From: Candidatus Bathyarchaeota archaeon
GTDB lineage: Archaea > Thermoproteota > Bathyarchaeia > Bathyarchaeales > Bathycorpusculaceae
Direction: 5' to 3'
Assembly (NCBI GenBank): GCA_963715865.1
Contig: OY970280.1
Span: 1,280,001 to 1,344,000 of the forward strand
Length of the DNA: 64,000 bases
This document shows, piece after piece, positions 47,477 through 57,888 of this stretch. Within the stretch, counting starts at the first letter, position 1; the number at the start of each line of letters is the position of its first letter. Below the pieces are notes generated by a model. The model was not told the origin of the DNA. It searched no databases and was given only the letters and a program-made list of their open reading frames with translations. The position numbers and the translations under genes were made by a program.

Positions 47477-48853
47477 TCATGTTCCTATTGTTCTTTTTTC
47501 AATGAGGCTTGATGGTAAATCTGCTTCAATTTCATTATCAGACGAAAATTTGCTCAAAATTTCTTCGTAAGAGCCATTTTCCAAGTGCGCAAATTGGTAA
47601 TCAGGATGAACAAGCAGCACACAAAGCCCACCTATATCTTTTATTAAATCCACCAGTCTGAACCAAGACTCTACAGTTTGGCTAAGGGTCAGATTCAAGA
47701 CTGTGAGCATCTGATGATCCTGTGGTAAAGTGATTGGCAATTCGACCAAGCCCTCGGCTTGGAACATAAATGTGGTGCCAATTCCGTGGGGTTTCATGGT
47801 GCACGGGTGCTTCGGTTCCCAAGCAGGAACAGACGAATCGTAAATGTAGCCTGCAGCTTTGATAGCTTGAAGTATCGTGGGATTGTGTTGAAGCAAAGGC
47901 GCCCTAAAACCACTGATCTGCCGACCCGTTGTATTTTCAAGCCTTTCCTTTGCCTCAAGCACCCGTTGTGTTGCTTCAGCTTTAGAGGCAAAAATGAGTT
48001 TTCCGTCGTGCTTTGTGTCGTGAGCGCCGATTTCGCCAAAGTTTGCAAGCTCTTTGATGATTTCCAGATCAAGTGGATAATGATTAGACGGCAGATACCA
48101 AACGGATGGGAGATTGTATTTTTCTTCGATTTTTTTTAGGGCTATAGCTTTTTTTAGGCCTTCGCTGCCGTCAATATCATGAGTTATAATGAGCGTTGTT
48201 TTTTTCTTGTTTGAGGCTTTGAGTTCAGGTTTCTTTTTCGTCAACTCTTCAATCGCTCTAACAATAAGCAGCCTCAAAGCGTCTATGGAAAAAAATGCGC
48301 AAGATGATTGGTCGATTAGACGCCCAGTTTTTTGTCTCATCACAATGTTCTTAAGCGCTTTTGGCGCTATTGAGTAATGTAAAGGCGAACGGGTTAAGAG
48401 ACTATATGCCTTTGATGGTTTGGCATTGATACAGTCGTTGAATATGTTATTGAACTCTTGAATGACATCTGTCGCCAAAAGTAAATTGTCTGATCCTGAA
48501 GTGATCCATCCGTCTGAATTTACACGATTATTTGCTGACAATGCTTGACTGATGACGAATTGAGGGATGACCGTTAGTGAAGTTTGTTCGCCTAGCGGAA
48601 CTTGAATAGCTGTGTGTGAATCCGTTGTAATTTTCAATTTGTTATTGTATGTGTAAATCTTAAGGTCGTCGGATGAAGGAATAATTATTGATTTTTTGTT
48701 TTCAACAGGCCTTTTCTTGTAAACGAATGCAATGTCCGCTTCATCTAAACCACAGAAAGAAACGTCCCACGGTGAAAGAAGCTCCCCTAAAATTTCTTTA
48801 CTTTTGTCTGATCCCTCAAACGCTATTTTCAAAACACTTGCACCAAAACCCAA
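47477..48853 (-). CDS. Polysaccharide deacetylase (CE4/NodB-like) with N-terminal accessory domain
   Basis: ITHDID, HDTKH, GFRAP, YIYDSS, VELPIT, LVHP. Confidence 0.85.
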   Translation of the reverse strand: MGFGASVLKIAFEGSDKSKEILGELLSPWDVSFCGLDEADIAFVYKKRPVENKKSIIIPSSDDLKIYTYNNKLKITTDSHTAIQVPLGEQTSLTVIPQFVISQALSANNRVNSDGWITSGSDNLLLATDVIQEFNNIFNDCINAKPSKAYSLLTRSPLHYSIAPKALKNIVMRQKTGRLIDQSSCAFFSIDALRLLIVRAIEELTKKKPELKASNKKKTTLIITHDIDGSEGLKKAIALKKIEEKYNLPSVWYLPSNHYPLDLEIIKELANFGEIGAHDTKHDGKLIFASKAEATQRVLEAKERLENTTGRQISGFRAPLLQHNPTILQAIKAAGYIYDSSVPAWEPKHPCTMKPHGIGTTFMFQAEGLVELPITLPQDHQMLTVLNLTLSQTVESWFRLVDLIKDIGGLCVLLVHPDYQFAHLENGSYEEILSKFSSDNEIEADLPSSLIEKRTIGT

Positions 48854-48939
48854 CTAGAAACTGACAAAAAAAGAAAAATCAACTGTCTTAACGCTAAATT
48901 CTCACAAGCTTACTAAACAAAAAGCAGAAAGCGAATTTT

Positions 48940-49908
48940 TCAATTAAGCTGAGAATGGTTTGCGCTATACCATTGGACGAGACTCGCGATTCCTTTTTCG
49001 AAAGAATACCTAGGCACAAACCCAAGAATGCTCTTTGACTTGCTAATGTCCGCATACCCGTGCTTGACATCTCCAACGCGGGCTGGCTCGTAGATGTTTA
49101 CCAACTGTGGTTTGCCTAGGCTCTTCTTAAGCACTTCAGCGACCTGGTTGATGCTTACTCTGCTACCACTACCTATGTTAAACGCTTTACCAACAGCGTT
49201 TTTGCACGTTAGCGCCAGCATATTCGCTTCAACAACATCATGGACCGAAACGAAGTCTCGCGTTTGTTCACCGTCGCCATAGATTACGGGAGGCAGGTTT
49301 CGAAGAATCCTGTTTAGGAAAATTGTTATGGCACCGCCGTACGCACAGTTTATGTCGAATCTTTGTTTGGGGCCGTAAACGTTAAAGTATCTTAAGGCAA
49401 CGGTTTCTAAACCGTAAAGTTTCCAGAATGCTTTAACGTAGCTTTCGCCTGCAAGTTTCGTGATACCATACGGGTTGGATGGCTCCAAAATCATGTCTTC
49501 ATTTTTTTCTGGCGGGAGGTCTTCTCCATAAACCGCTGCGGAAGAAGCAAACACAAATCGCTTAACGCCTACGTCACAGGCGGCCTTAATCAGGTTGAGG
49601 GTTCCATTTACGTTGATTTCGTTTGCAAGAATTGGGTCCTTCACGGAACCGGTTATGCTTACGTAAGCAGCTTCGTGAAAAACTGCTTCCATACCCTTGA
49701 GAGCTACCCTAGCCGCTTCTGTGTCGCAAATGTCTCCTTTTATGATGCGCAGACGCTCTTTGTTTGTAACGTCTTCGAGGTTCTGCATTTTTCCAGATGA
49801 GAAGTTATCGAAAACTGTAACTTCGGAGCCGTCGGCGATAAGTCTGTTCACTATGTGGCTGCCGATGAAGCCTCCTCCACCCGTCACCAAGATTCTTGAA
49901 AACTTCAT
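48940..49908 (-). CDS. NAD-dependent nucleotide-sugar 4-epimerase (GalE/WbpP-like)
   Basis: GGGGFIGS, SSAAVYG, YGITK, LRYFNVYGP, GDGEQTRDF. Confidence 0.93.
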   Translation of the reverse strand: MKFSRILVTGGGGFIGSHIVNRLIADGSEVTVFDNFSSGKMQNLEDVTNKERLRIIKGDICDTEAARVALKGMEAVFHEAAYVSITGSVKDPILANEINVNGTLNLIKAACDVGVKRFVFASSAAVYGEDLPPEKNEDMILEPSNPYGITKLAGESYVKAFWKLYGLETVALRYFNVYGPKQRFDINCAYGGAITIFLNRILRNLPPVIYGDGEQTRDFVSVHDVVEANMLALTCKNAVGKAFNIGSGSRVSINQVAEVLKKSLGKPQLVNIYEPARVGDVKHGYADISKSKSILGFVPRYSFEKGIASLVQWYSANHSQLN

Positions 49909-49929
49909 AATCTCTGCCTTTTTAGTTTC

Positions 49930-51069
49930 TCACTTGGATAGCTGCTCTAATGTGTAAAGGCAGCTGTTCATGACATATTTTGCTTCATCTTTTGATAAAG
50001 CTGCATGCACTGGCAAAGTTATGGTTTGCGATAGAACTTTTTCAGCCACAGGGAGTGTATCCATGCGATTTTGAGCGCTGAGTTTCTTATAAACAGTCTG
50101 CAGATGGCAAGGTGGATAGAACACGTTGCCTGTTTCGACGCCAAATCGATCCATTAAAATTTGCGTAAACTGCTTCGTATCGACGCTTTCATCAAGGATC
50201 AATGGATATTTGTAGTAGCTACACCTGCAACCCTCGGTACACCTCACTCTGTGCATCTTTATGGATTTGTCGATTACTTTGTTGTAGATTGCTGCAATTT
50301 CGTTTCTCCACGTGATGAATTCTTCTACACGTTTAAGCTGGTAGAGGCCCATGATAGCTGAAATCTCAGACAACATCATATGGCGTCCCAGGTTGACAAA
50401 GTTTGTTTTTCCGGTACCTGAACCATAGTAGCTGAATCTTTTTGCTTCCTCAGCCAACTTGTTATCATTGCTGACCAGCATAGCTCCTTCGCCAGTAGTT
50501 AGAATTTTTGTGGGTGTGAAAGCGAAAACTGCTGCATCGCCGAACGTCCCTGCTTTTTGGCCTTCAACCGTGGCACCCACTGCATGTGTGGCATCTTCGA
50601 TGAGGAAGAGGTCATTGTCTTTGCAGAGTCGGATTATTTCCTTCAAGTCGGGGTTGGGGAAGCCCGCGATGTGGGTAACGATTACCCCGCATGTTTTATC
50701 TGAAATTTTGTTTTTGACGCTTTGGACATCGATGGAAAGAGTGTCTCCTCGTATATCAGCGAAAACCACCTTGGCTCCAGAATAAAGCACGCTGTTTGGC
50801 ACAGAAATGAAGCTATTGGTGCAAACTATGACTTCGCGGTCCTTTACGCCGAAATAATGCAGTATTGTTTCGAAAGCGCTTGAGTCAGAGTCAAACGCAA
50901 CGGCGTTTTCAATTTTTAGGTAATCTGCGAATAATTTTTCGAATGCACTTAGGTTTTTGCCGTCTCTCAGCCTTCCTTCTTCCAAAGCTAAGCGGATATC
51001 CTGCAAAATCAAGCTGATGTCTTCGGGAGGAAAAAAAGGTCTAGAAGAACGGATAAGTTTGGTGCTCAT
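49930..51069 (-). CDS. DegT/DnrJ/EryC1/StrS aminotransferase
   Basis: IEDATHAVG, FAFTPTKILTTGEG. Confidence 0.92.
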   Translation of the reverse strand: MSTKLIRSSRPFFPPEDISLILQDIRLALEEGRLRDGKNLSAFEKLFADYLKIENAVAFDSDSSAFETILHYFGVKDREVIVCTNSFISVPNSVLYSGAKVVFADIRGDTLSIDVQSVKNKISDKTCGVIVTHIAGFPNPDLKEIIRLCKDNDLFLIEDATHAVGATVEGQKAGTFGDAAVFAFTPTKILTTGEGAMLVSNDNKLAEEAKRFSYYGSGTGKTNFVNLGRHMMLSEISAIMGLYQLKRVEEFITWRNEIAAIYNKVIDKSIKMHRVRCTEGCRCSYYKYPLILDESVDTKQFTQILMDRFGVETGNVFYPPCHLQTVYKKLSAQNRMDTLPVAEKVLSQTITLPVHAALSKDEAKYVMNSCLYTLEQLSK

Positions 51070-51082
51070 TCTTTCTCCTCTT

Positions 51083-51718
51083 TTAAAAACTGTAGCTTAC
51101 TGTGAAGAGATGCAAGGTCTCATCAAGGATGGCGTGAAATACTTGCCAGCTTGAAGAGAGGTAAAGCTTCTGAAAAATAAAACCGAAACGGAGCTGACGC
51201 CTTTCTCCGTTTCCAATAGGCTTCACGTATAGCTTGCTGCCCCGTTTAGAAACAATCCACTTGTGAACGTCTTCGCCGTAAAGAATTTCATTTAACCAGG
51301 AGGGCGCTTGAATGTACCCATGCCTGGAAACCCGCTTCAACTCCTTAAACAAAACACCTGGGTTGTCGATGTGTTCAATCAAGTAGTAGCTGGTAACGAA
51401 TCGGAACGCTTTGTCTCTAAACGGAAGGTTGTAACAAGAGCACAGAACAAACGGTTTTCCATTAGTCACCAAATTTTTCATGCTTCGGTCTGGAACAGGT
51501 TTCGCATTAAGGTCGCAGAGGACATCGGCTTTTGGGAAAGGCTTGGCTCCGCATGCGATGTCAAGGCAGAGATGTGAATTGCCCTTTTCGGTCGGGACTG
51601 CTTTGTAATACATTTTTTTCCCAAGGCGAAAACGGTCAAGGTCTGCTTTATGCAAGGGAACCTTATTTAGCATCAACGAAGAGTTAGCGTAAGTACTTTC
51701 TTCTTTTGGAGTGCTCAA
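51083..51718 (-). CDS. Class I SAM-dependent methyltransferase
   Basis: LDIACG, LPFRDKAF, LIEHIDNP. Confidence 0.82.
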   Translation of the reverse strand: MSTPKEESTYANSSLMLNKVPLHKADLDRFRLGKKMYYKAVPTEKGNSHLCLDIACGAKPFPKADVLCDLNAKPVPDRSMKNLVTNGKPFVLCSCYNLPFRDKAFRFVTSYYLIEHIDNPGVLFKELKRVSRHGYIQAPSWLNEILYGEDVHKWIVSKRGSKLYVKPIGNGERRQLRFGFIFQKLYLSSSWQVFHAILDETLHLFTVSYSF

Positions 51719-52869
51719 TTCGGGTACTTTCCTGTAAAACGGATTTCATTTTGAAGACAGCCCGCCAGAGCCTGCGAAATGTATGTCGTATTTTCTTCGG
51801 TTAAGCCAGGATGCATGGGTAAGCAAAGAGTTGATTTAAGCACCGATTCAGAGACGGGTAAGTCTCCCGCTTTCGTGCCAAAATTATTCATGTAGAATGG
51901 ATGAAGGTGACATGGAGGATAGTATATACTTCCTGTTTCGATGCCATATTTTTCTTTGAGAGCAACTGCCACTTTAGCCAGATCAATTTCTTCATTAAGT
52001 CTAACTGGATACTTGTAATAGCTGTGCCTGATATTGGGAGTTTTCGGAAACAGAGAAATGCCATTGACATTTTTCAATTGTTGTTCGTACGATTTTGCAA
52101 CCACGTTTCTTTTTGATATGAATTCTTCTAATCGTTCTAGCTGGTGTTTGCCGATTATGGCTGCGACTTCGTTTAGGCGCCAATTATGCCCTAATATTAT
52201 CATCTGCCTGCTTGCGTTTTGCCCGTGCGTACGCATGCACCGCGCTTCGTCAGCCAAACTGTCGTTATCTGTTATTATCATTCCGCCTTCGCCGGAAGTC
52301 ATGACCTTTGTTGGATAGAACGAAAAACAGCCTGCATCACCCAGTGTACCTGCCATTTTACCGTCTAACATGGCGCCATGGGCATGTGCCGCGTCCTCCA
52401 GCAGGAAAAGGTCGTTATCCTCACATAATTCGGATAGTTCATCCATTTGTGGGCATGGGAGACCAGCGATGTGAACCACAATGATTCCCGCTGTTTTAGG
52501 TGACAGCTTGTTTTTTACGTCTTCAACATCTATGCAGAGTGTGTCCTCTTTGATATCTGCAAAGACAGGTGTACCGCCTGCAAAAATAACCGAGTTAGGC
52601 GTCGCCACAAAAGTGTTTGTTGGAACGATGACCTCTTTGCCCTTAAGTCTTAAATAACGCTGCGAAATTTCCAGCGCAGCAGTTCCCGAATTTACCGAAA
52701 CTGCATGTTTAACTCCACAGTACTGGGCAAATTTCTTCTCAAAATCAGCAGCGTTGGGTCCATCAGTCATAACTCCGCTTCTTAACGTTTGCTCTATGTC
52801 TTTCAAGATGGCTTGAATGCTTAAATCGTCAAAAAAAGGAAAAGCTGATCTGATGAGTCTTTTTTCCAA
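51715..52869 (-). CDS. DegT/DnrJ/EryC1/StrS aminotransferase
   Basis: SVNSGTAAL, LEDAAHAHG, FSFYPTKVMTSGEGG. Confidence 0.94.
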   Translation of the reverse strand: MEKRLIRSAFPFFDDLSIQAILKDIEQTLRSGVMTDGPNAADFEKKFAQYCGVKHAVSVNSGTAALEISQRYLRLKGKEVIVPTNTFVATPNSVIFAGGTPVFADIKEDTLCIDVEDVKNKLSPKTAGIIVVHIAGLPCPQMDELSELCEDNDLFLLEDAAHAHGAMLDGKMAGTLGDAGCFSFYPTKVMTSGEGGMIITDNDSLADEARCMRTHGQNASRQMIILGHNWRLNEVAAIIGKHQLERLEEFISKRNVVAKSYEQQLKNVNGISLFPKTPNIRHSYYKYPVRLNEEIDLAKVAVALKEKYGIETGSIYYPPCHLHPFYMNNFGTKAGDLPVSESVLKSTLCLPMHPGLTEENTTYISQALAGCLQNEIRFTGKYPN

Positions 52870-53538
52870 TTAAAAACTTCCTCCTGTGCAAAAGAGATAA
52901 TCTACAACTGAAAGATTGGGCACAAATTCACCATAGAGCTGACGGTAAACAGGATACTCGAAATCTTGAAAGACAACCCTTATTCCTTCGTCTTCAAACC
53001 GTTCAACGTTCAGGTAGGCCTGAGCACCTGCACCTGCAAGCTGGATATTTGCTTTAAAAGCTTTACATTGGTTCAATATCAATTCGCTTTTTTTTTCACA
53101 AATACCTAATGATGAAGCCATTACCAAGGGTTTGTCTATACTCAGAAACTTCATAATTCCTTTAATAAGATGCATGTTCAGATCGATTAAGAACTCCCAT
53201 TTTTTGTTATAAGTTTCTTCAAAAAAGCCGCTGTATTTCTTCCAATAGGGAGCATGCATATAATGATGCTTCAAACTCAGCCAATGACATTTTTCCCACG
53301 TAGACTGTGAATTGTTAGCTATTCTCACCTCATTAATTAACAAAGGTCGACCTGTATGTTCAACTGGCACCGTTAGCCATTTGGCTCCATGCGATGTCTT
53401 AATTTTATTTCTGTTAATGAACCCATTATGTTCGTATTGAACGTTATCTTCGATAATAAAAACATCGCATTTTGATATTTTATCGAAGAACCCAAGCCAA
53501 GGCAGGTAGTTGGGCTGATGGCCAGCGGTAATCAACAA
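52870..53538 (-). CDS. WbqC-family protein
   Basis: HQPNYLPWLGFFDK, NRNKI, WLTVPV, LSVVDYLF. Confidence 0.92.
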   Translation of the reverse strand: MLITAGHQPNYLPWLGFFDKISKCDVFIIEDNVQYEHNGFINRNKIKTSHGAKWLTVPVEHTGRPLLINEVRIANNSQSTWEKCHWLSLKHHYMHAPYWKKYSGFFEETYNKKWEFLIDLNMHLIKGIMKFLSIDKPLVMASSLGICEKKSELILNQCKAFKANIQLAGAGAQAYLNVERFEDEGIRVVFQDFEYPVYRQLYGEFVPNLSVVDYLFCTGGSF

Positions 53539-54186
53539 TTAAAGTCCCTTGTTTAACGGTCTTTTTTCAACGTATCGGATAACTTCAAAAGCTTCAGCAG
53601 CAGAAATGCCTGCTTGACTGCCTCTGAAGGAAGCTAAATTAATCATAGATTCGTAAGTCAGATATCTTTTTTGACATTGGGAAAGGTGGCATTTTAATGC
53701 TTCCCATTTTAAGCCAATTGTTTCAGAAATGTCCACGAAGTAAGTTGGTGCAAAAGTGCTGTTAACGCGGGGGCTTTCGTAAGCTAGTATTTTAGGCACG
53801 GTTCTTAGTGCAGCCAAAGAAAGCCAACCGACTTGTCTGTGGTCTTGATGAAAATCGTTCACTGAATGAGTTAAAACGGTGTCGGGTTTGTATTTTTCAT
53901 AGAAGCTTTCTAAGAAATCTATCGATTTGCGCGAATTGGGGATTTCTGTGTCTGCGAAATCTCCGAAGAATACATCTTTTATGTCGAATAGCGAGAAGGC
54001 TTCTTTGCTTTCTTTGACCCGATCGTCAGGGTTTCCGCTTCGTTCTCCTTTAGTCAAAAAAACGGCAACGACTTTCTTGCCCATTTTGGATGCATTACAA
54101 AGTGTTCCACCACATCCTAGTTCGATGTCGTCAGGGTGGGCTCCTACCGCAAGTATAACTTGGGATCTAAAAACCGTAGCAATCAC
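53539..54186 (-). CDS. PIG-L/LmbE-family N-deacetylase
   Basis: AHPDDIELG, THSVNDFHQDH, HLSQ, AEAF. Confidence 0.92.
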   Translation of the reverse strand: MIATVFRSQVILAVGAHPDDIELGCGGTLCNASKMGKKVVAVFLTKGERSGNPDDRVKESKEAFSLFDIKDVFFGDFADTEIPNSRKSIDFLESFYEKYKPDTVLTHSVNDFHQDHRQVGWLSLAALRTVPKILAYESPRVNSTFAPTYFVDISETIGLKWEALKCHLSQCQKRYLTYESMINLASFRGSQAGISAAEAFEVIRYVEKRPLNKGL

Positions 54187-54210
54187 TTCTGATTATTTAC
54201 ATTACAATTA

Positions 54211-54966
54211 CTATTGCCTAATTCCCAACTTTAGGTAAACCAGTGGTCCCACTATTTTCCACCAATCACGAAGTGGGGAAATGTTGGAGTATCCACCTCT
54301 ATTTCTGAAATAGTAAACCTTCGAAACAGGCACTTCTTTTACTTTGTACCCAAGAGTTAGAACCTTATAGTGAAGGTAATACTCAAATTGGTAACCATCA
54401 AGCCAACCCTGCTGGATATTGATGTGCTTATCATAAAAAATATTCAGTTTATACGCTCGGAAACCATTTGTTACATCTGTGCATCGCTTACTTGTCAGTA
54501 AGGTCCAAACAAAAGGAAACAGTCGGCTAAACATGCCTCGTAAAAAAGGCGTCTTCACGGGTTTGCCGCCTGGCAAGAATCTAGAACCTTGAACATAATC
54601 AAAATCTTCTGACAATATCGGAATTAGGAGCCGGGGGATTTCACGTGGCTTATCTTTGCCGTTCCCTGCCATGACGACGGCTATATCATACTTATTGTTC
54701 AAGGCGTATTCGATGCCATCCCTTATGGCTACACCCACACCTCTTCTTTTTTGACTGTTTATAACGTGGATAGGAATCCTGTTTTTGAAGGCTGCGTTTT
54801 CTACCTGTTGAAGGTCGCTTTTGTTAGCACAATCAATGACAATGCATATTTCGTTGACCGTGTTCTCCTGAAAATTGCCTATAACCTCTACTAGCTGTTT
54901 GGTGTTATGGCATGAGGGAATTATTACAACCTTCCTACTATATGCCTTGATTTCATTTGCCTTCAA
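54211..54966 (-). CDS. Glycosyltransferase family 2 (DPM-synthase-like); start placed at TTG 54966
   Basis: [39 protein letters not shown]. Confidence 0.85.
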   Translation of the reverse strand: MKANEIKAYSRKVVIIPSCHNTKQLVEVIGNFQENTVNEICIVIDCANKSDLQQVENAAFKNRIPIHVINSQKRRGVGVAIRDGIEYALNNKYDIAVVMAGNGKDKPREIPRLLIPILSEDFDYVQGSRFLPGGKPVKTPFLRGMFSRLFPFVWTLLTSKRCTDVTNGFRAYKLNIFYDKHINIQQGWLDGYQFEYYLHYKVLTLGYKVKEVPVSKVYYFRNRGGYSNISPLRDWWKIVGPLVYLKLGIRQ

Positions 54967-55429
54967 TCCCGATTCTCCCAATAATGCGGCTTGGGTTCCC
55001 AGCCACAACTGCCCTGCTGGGCACGTCTTTGGTAACCACAGAACCTGCTCCAACCATGGCTTCCTCGCCTATGGTGACTCCGGGAACGATTACACTGTTT
55101 GCACCTATCGAGGCTCCCTTCTTGACTGTAGTGGGCAAACGTTTCCATTCCCCCTGTGCTCGGGGGTACTTATCGTTGGTGAAGGTGACGTTTGGCCCGA
55201 TAAACACGTTGTCTTCTATGGTGACTCCAGTTGGAATGAAAACAAAGGGTCTAACTTTGCAGTTGTCCCCTATAACTACGCCTTCCTCTATGTAAACATA
55301 CGAGTCGATTTTGCAATTCTTCCCAACCTTACACTTGAAAAGATTAACCTGGTCAAAAACTCGAGTTCCTTCCCCGATTTCCGCTCCACTAATCAAGGCG
55401 TAACGAGGAGCTTTCTGCTGATTAGGCAT
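54953..55429 (-). CDS. Hexapeptide-repeat N-acetyltransferase (WbpD/WxcM-like)
   Basis: Left-handed beta-helix repeats, [22 protein letters not shown]. Confidence 0.92.
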   Translation of the reverse strand: MPNQQKAPRYALISGAEIGEGTRVFDQVNLFKCKVGKNCKIDSYVYIEEGVVIGDNCKVRPFVFIPTGVTIEDNVFIGPNVTFTNDKYPRAQGEWKRLPTTVKKGASIGANSVIVPGVTIGEEAMVGAGSVVTKDVPSRAVVAGNPSRIIGRIGIEGK

Positions 55430-55433
55430 ATAA

Positions 55434-56411
55434 CTATTCCACTAGTTCAGTTCTGCCATTTCTCATGGCTTTTTGAGTTATTTCAAGAAGCCTAACAACG
55501 TTGGCTCCAACGAGACCGTTGTTCTTATTCAAGAAAGCGTAGTTGCAAGCGCGGCATTGCCGGATGCAGCTGATGAAGTGCGAAAGTTCCTCATTTATAG
55601 TATTGCTCCTTTTCACTGGCACTTCGTAAAAACGGTCCCTTTCGTAAGCGTAAACTTTTTGCGTTATGCAGTCGATTTTAGCAAATCTGTCCGAGCCCAT
55701 AATTTGGACCTCTCGGATTTTTTCCGGATGCAGCCAACTGACTTCTATGTGGGCCATCATATTGTTTTTGAACTCACTAATGATGTGTGCAGTTTCCTCT
55801 TTCTGACCTTTTCTGAAGGATTTTGCAACGCAGGTTACTTTGGCTGGCCAATCATTAGTGAGGAAGTTTAATATGTCAAAGGGATGCGGTGCTAGGTCGG
55901 TTATTACGTCTCTATCAATCATTGGAGGCATCAGAGCGGTCCAAGTTAGTTTCATCCAGTAAAGGTCGCCAAACCAGCTGCCTTCAACTAAGCTCTTGAC
56001 CTTCTCGATTGCCGCATCGAATCTGAAAATATGGCCTACGGAAAGGACTAGGTTTTTTTCATGCGCTAGATCAACGAGGTTGAGGGCTTCAAAGGAGTTG
56101 AGTGTCATTGGTTTTTCTACCGTTACGTGTTTTCCAGCGTTCAGTGCTTCTCGGCAGATTTCGTAATGAGTTGCGCTGGGTGTGCATATGTGCACAGCGT
56201 CGATGTCAGGGTTTTTGAGTAGTTCCTCAGGGGTTTTTGCTAAGAAGGGAACGTCGTATTTTTCTTTGCAGAATTTTAGGTTTTCTTCGAATACATCGCA
56301 GACACCCAACAAATTAACACTAGGATCGCTTTTACCCATTAATGCGTATTCTGAGGCTACTTTCTTACCCCAATATCCAACTCCGATAACGGCTACATTC
56401 ATTTTATCCAT
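55434..56411 (-). CDS. Gfo/Idh/MocA oxidoreductase (WbpB/WlbA-like)
   Basis: [32 protein letters not shown]. Confidence 0.9.
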   Translation of the reverse strand: MDKMNVAVIGVGYWGKKVASEYALMGKSDPSVNLLGVCDVFEENLKFCKEKYDVPFLAKTPEELLKNPDIDAVHICTPSATHYEICREALNAGKHVTVEKPMTLNSFEALNLVDLAHEKNLVLSVGHIFRFDAAIEKVKSLVEGSWFGDLYWMKLTWTALMPPMIDRDVITDLAPHPFDILNFLTNDWPAKVTCVAKSFRKGQKEETAHIISEFKNNMMAHIEVSWLHPEKIREVQIMGSDRFAKIDCITQKVYAYERDRFYEVPVKRSNTINEELSHFISCIRQCRACNYAFLNKNNGLVGANVVRLLEITQKAMRNGRTELVE

Positions 56412-56437
56412 AAATCATGCCTTCAATCGGTTCAGTC

Positions 56438-57568
56438 TTATTTAGCAAAAAACTCGTGAATTTTCATGGCCACTTGTTCAACCCCTGCCTCTTCAAGGTC
56501 AGGATACATGGGGAGACTCAGAACCTGGTTGCAGACTCGTTCACTGACTGGAAATTCTCCTTCTTTGTAACCGTACAACTCCTTATAAATTGGCTGCAAA
56601 TGTATAGGCAGGGGGTAATGGATTCCGCATTGGATGCCGTTGCTTTCAAGGTAGATTTTCAGTTCGTTTCTGTAGTTTGTTTTTACGACATAAAGATGAT
56701 AGACAGGCAGGATGTTGCCGTTTCCTGCAGGTGGCAATTCGAGCCCTTCTATGTCGCCAAGAAGTTTATTGTAAAGCATCGCTACGTTCCGCCTTTTTTC
56801 GTTCCATTCGTCGATACGTTTCAGTTGCACTCTGCCAATGGCTGCGTTGACGGTGTTAAGCCTTGCAGTGTAACCCATCAGGTCGTGTTCGTAATGTGAC
56901 TTTCTTCCACAATCGCGTAATTTTGCTATCTTGTTAGCCAAATCTTTGTTGTTAGTTATTGCCATGCCGCCGTCACCACATACGGTCATATTCTTGCTCG
57001 GGTAAAAGCTGAAACAGCCAACATCTGCTATGCTTCCGACTCTTTTGCCATGGTAGATTGCTCCGTGGGCTTGACAGCAATCTTCCACGACGCCGCAGTT
57101 ATTTTCTTCAGCTATGTCTAAGATGCAGTTCATTTCAGCTGGGTAACCGTAAAGGTGAACAGGAAGAATGGCTTTTGTCTCATCAGTTAGCTTTTGCTCA
57201 ACCAATGATGGGTTAATGTTGTATGTTTTTACATCTATGTCTGCGAAAACTGGTTCTGCTCCTGCAAAGTAAGCAGCGTTTGCTGTGGCAATGAATGAGT
57301 ACGGCGTTGTAACAACGTTGTCTCCATGGCTTACTCCAAGGGCTTGTAACGCAAGTTGCAGCGCAAATGTCCCTGAACTCGTGGAGACAGCGTGTTTTAC
57401 TCGGCAGTATCTGGCAAATTCTTCCTCAAACTTGAAAACGCTTTCACCCATTACAAACTTATCGTTTTGTAGAGCATTAATAGCTGCGATTTTCATTTCT
57501 TCATCAAAAATCGGTTTTGCTAATGGAATGTTCATTTTCATAACACCTTTTACTGGGTTTTTCTGCAT
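56438..57568 (-). CDS. DegT-family aminotransferase (WbpE/WlbC-like)
   Basis: ILPVHLYG, VEDCCQAHGA, FSFYPSKN, GIHYP. Confidence 0.94.
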   Translation of the reverse strand: MQKNPVKGVMKMNIPLAKPIFDEEMKIAAINALQNDKFVMGESVFKFEEEFARYCRVKHAVSTSSGTFALQLALQALGVSHGDNVVTTPYSFIATANAAYFAGAEPVFADIDVKTYNINPSLVEQKLTDETKAILPVHLYGYPAEMNCILDIAEENNCGVVEDCCQAHGAIYHGKRVGSIADVGCFSFYPSKNMTVCGDGGMAITNNKDLANKIAKLRDCGRKSHYEHDLMGYTARLNTVNAAIGRVQLKRIDEWNEKRRNVAMLYNKLLGDIEGLELPPAGNGNILPVYHLYVVKTNYRNELKIYLESNGIQCGIHYPLPIHLQPIYKELYGYKEGEFPVSERVCNQVLSLPMYPDLEEAGVEQVAMKIHEFFAK

Positions 57569-57656
57569 GAAATCAAATGAGCGCTAAAAATTCGAAGTTC
57601 AGTCGGAGTAACAGTACTCTTGTGCTCTCACCATTTATTAGTGTGATAAAGCATAT

Positions 57657-57850
57657 TCACGTAACTTCATGTGGTTCCTTTTCAATGAGACTTAATGGTA
57701 AATCTGCTATAATTTCATTATCAGACGAAAGTTTACTCAAAATTTTTTCGTAAACGCCATTTCCCAATCCTAATTCTATGTCATCAGCGTGAGCACCTAC
57801 TGCTAGAATAACATCAGATTTCAAAACCAAATATGATACCTCCATCAAAA
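57657..57850 (-). pseudogene. Chimeric remnant: PIG-L deacetylase 5' end fused to CE4 deacetylase 3' end
   Basis: VILAVGAHADDIELG (cf. 53539..54186) joined to NGVYEKILSKLSSDNEIIADLPLSLIEK (cf. end of 47477..48853). Confidence 0.85.
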
Positions 57851-57888
57851 TTCTTAAACAATTATCGATAAGTAACCTAACCAAAAGA

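Noticed and set aside
54924-54956. ATGA-coupled start implying a frameshift in GT2
   Set aside because: An in-frame TTG at 54966 gives a complete GT2 N-terminus, so no frameshift is needed
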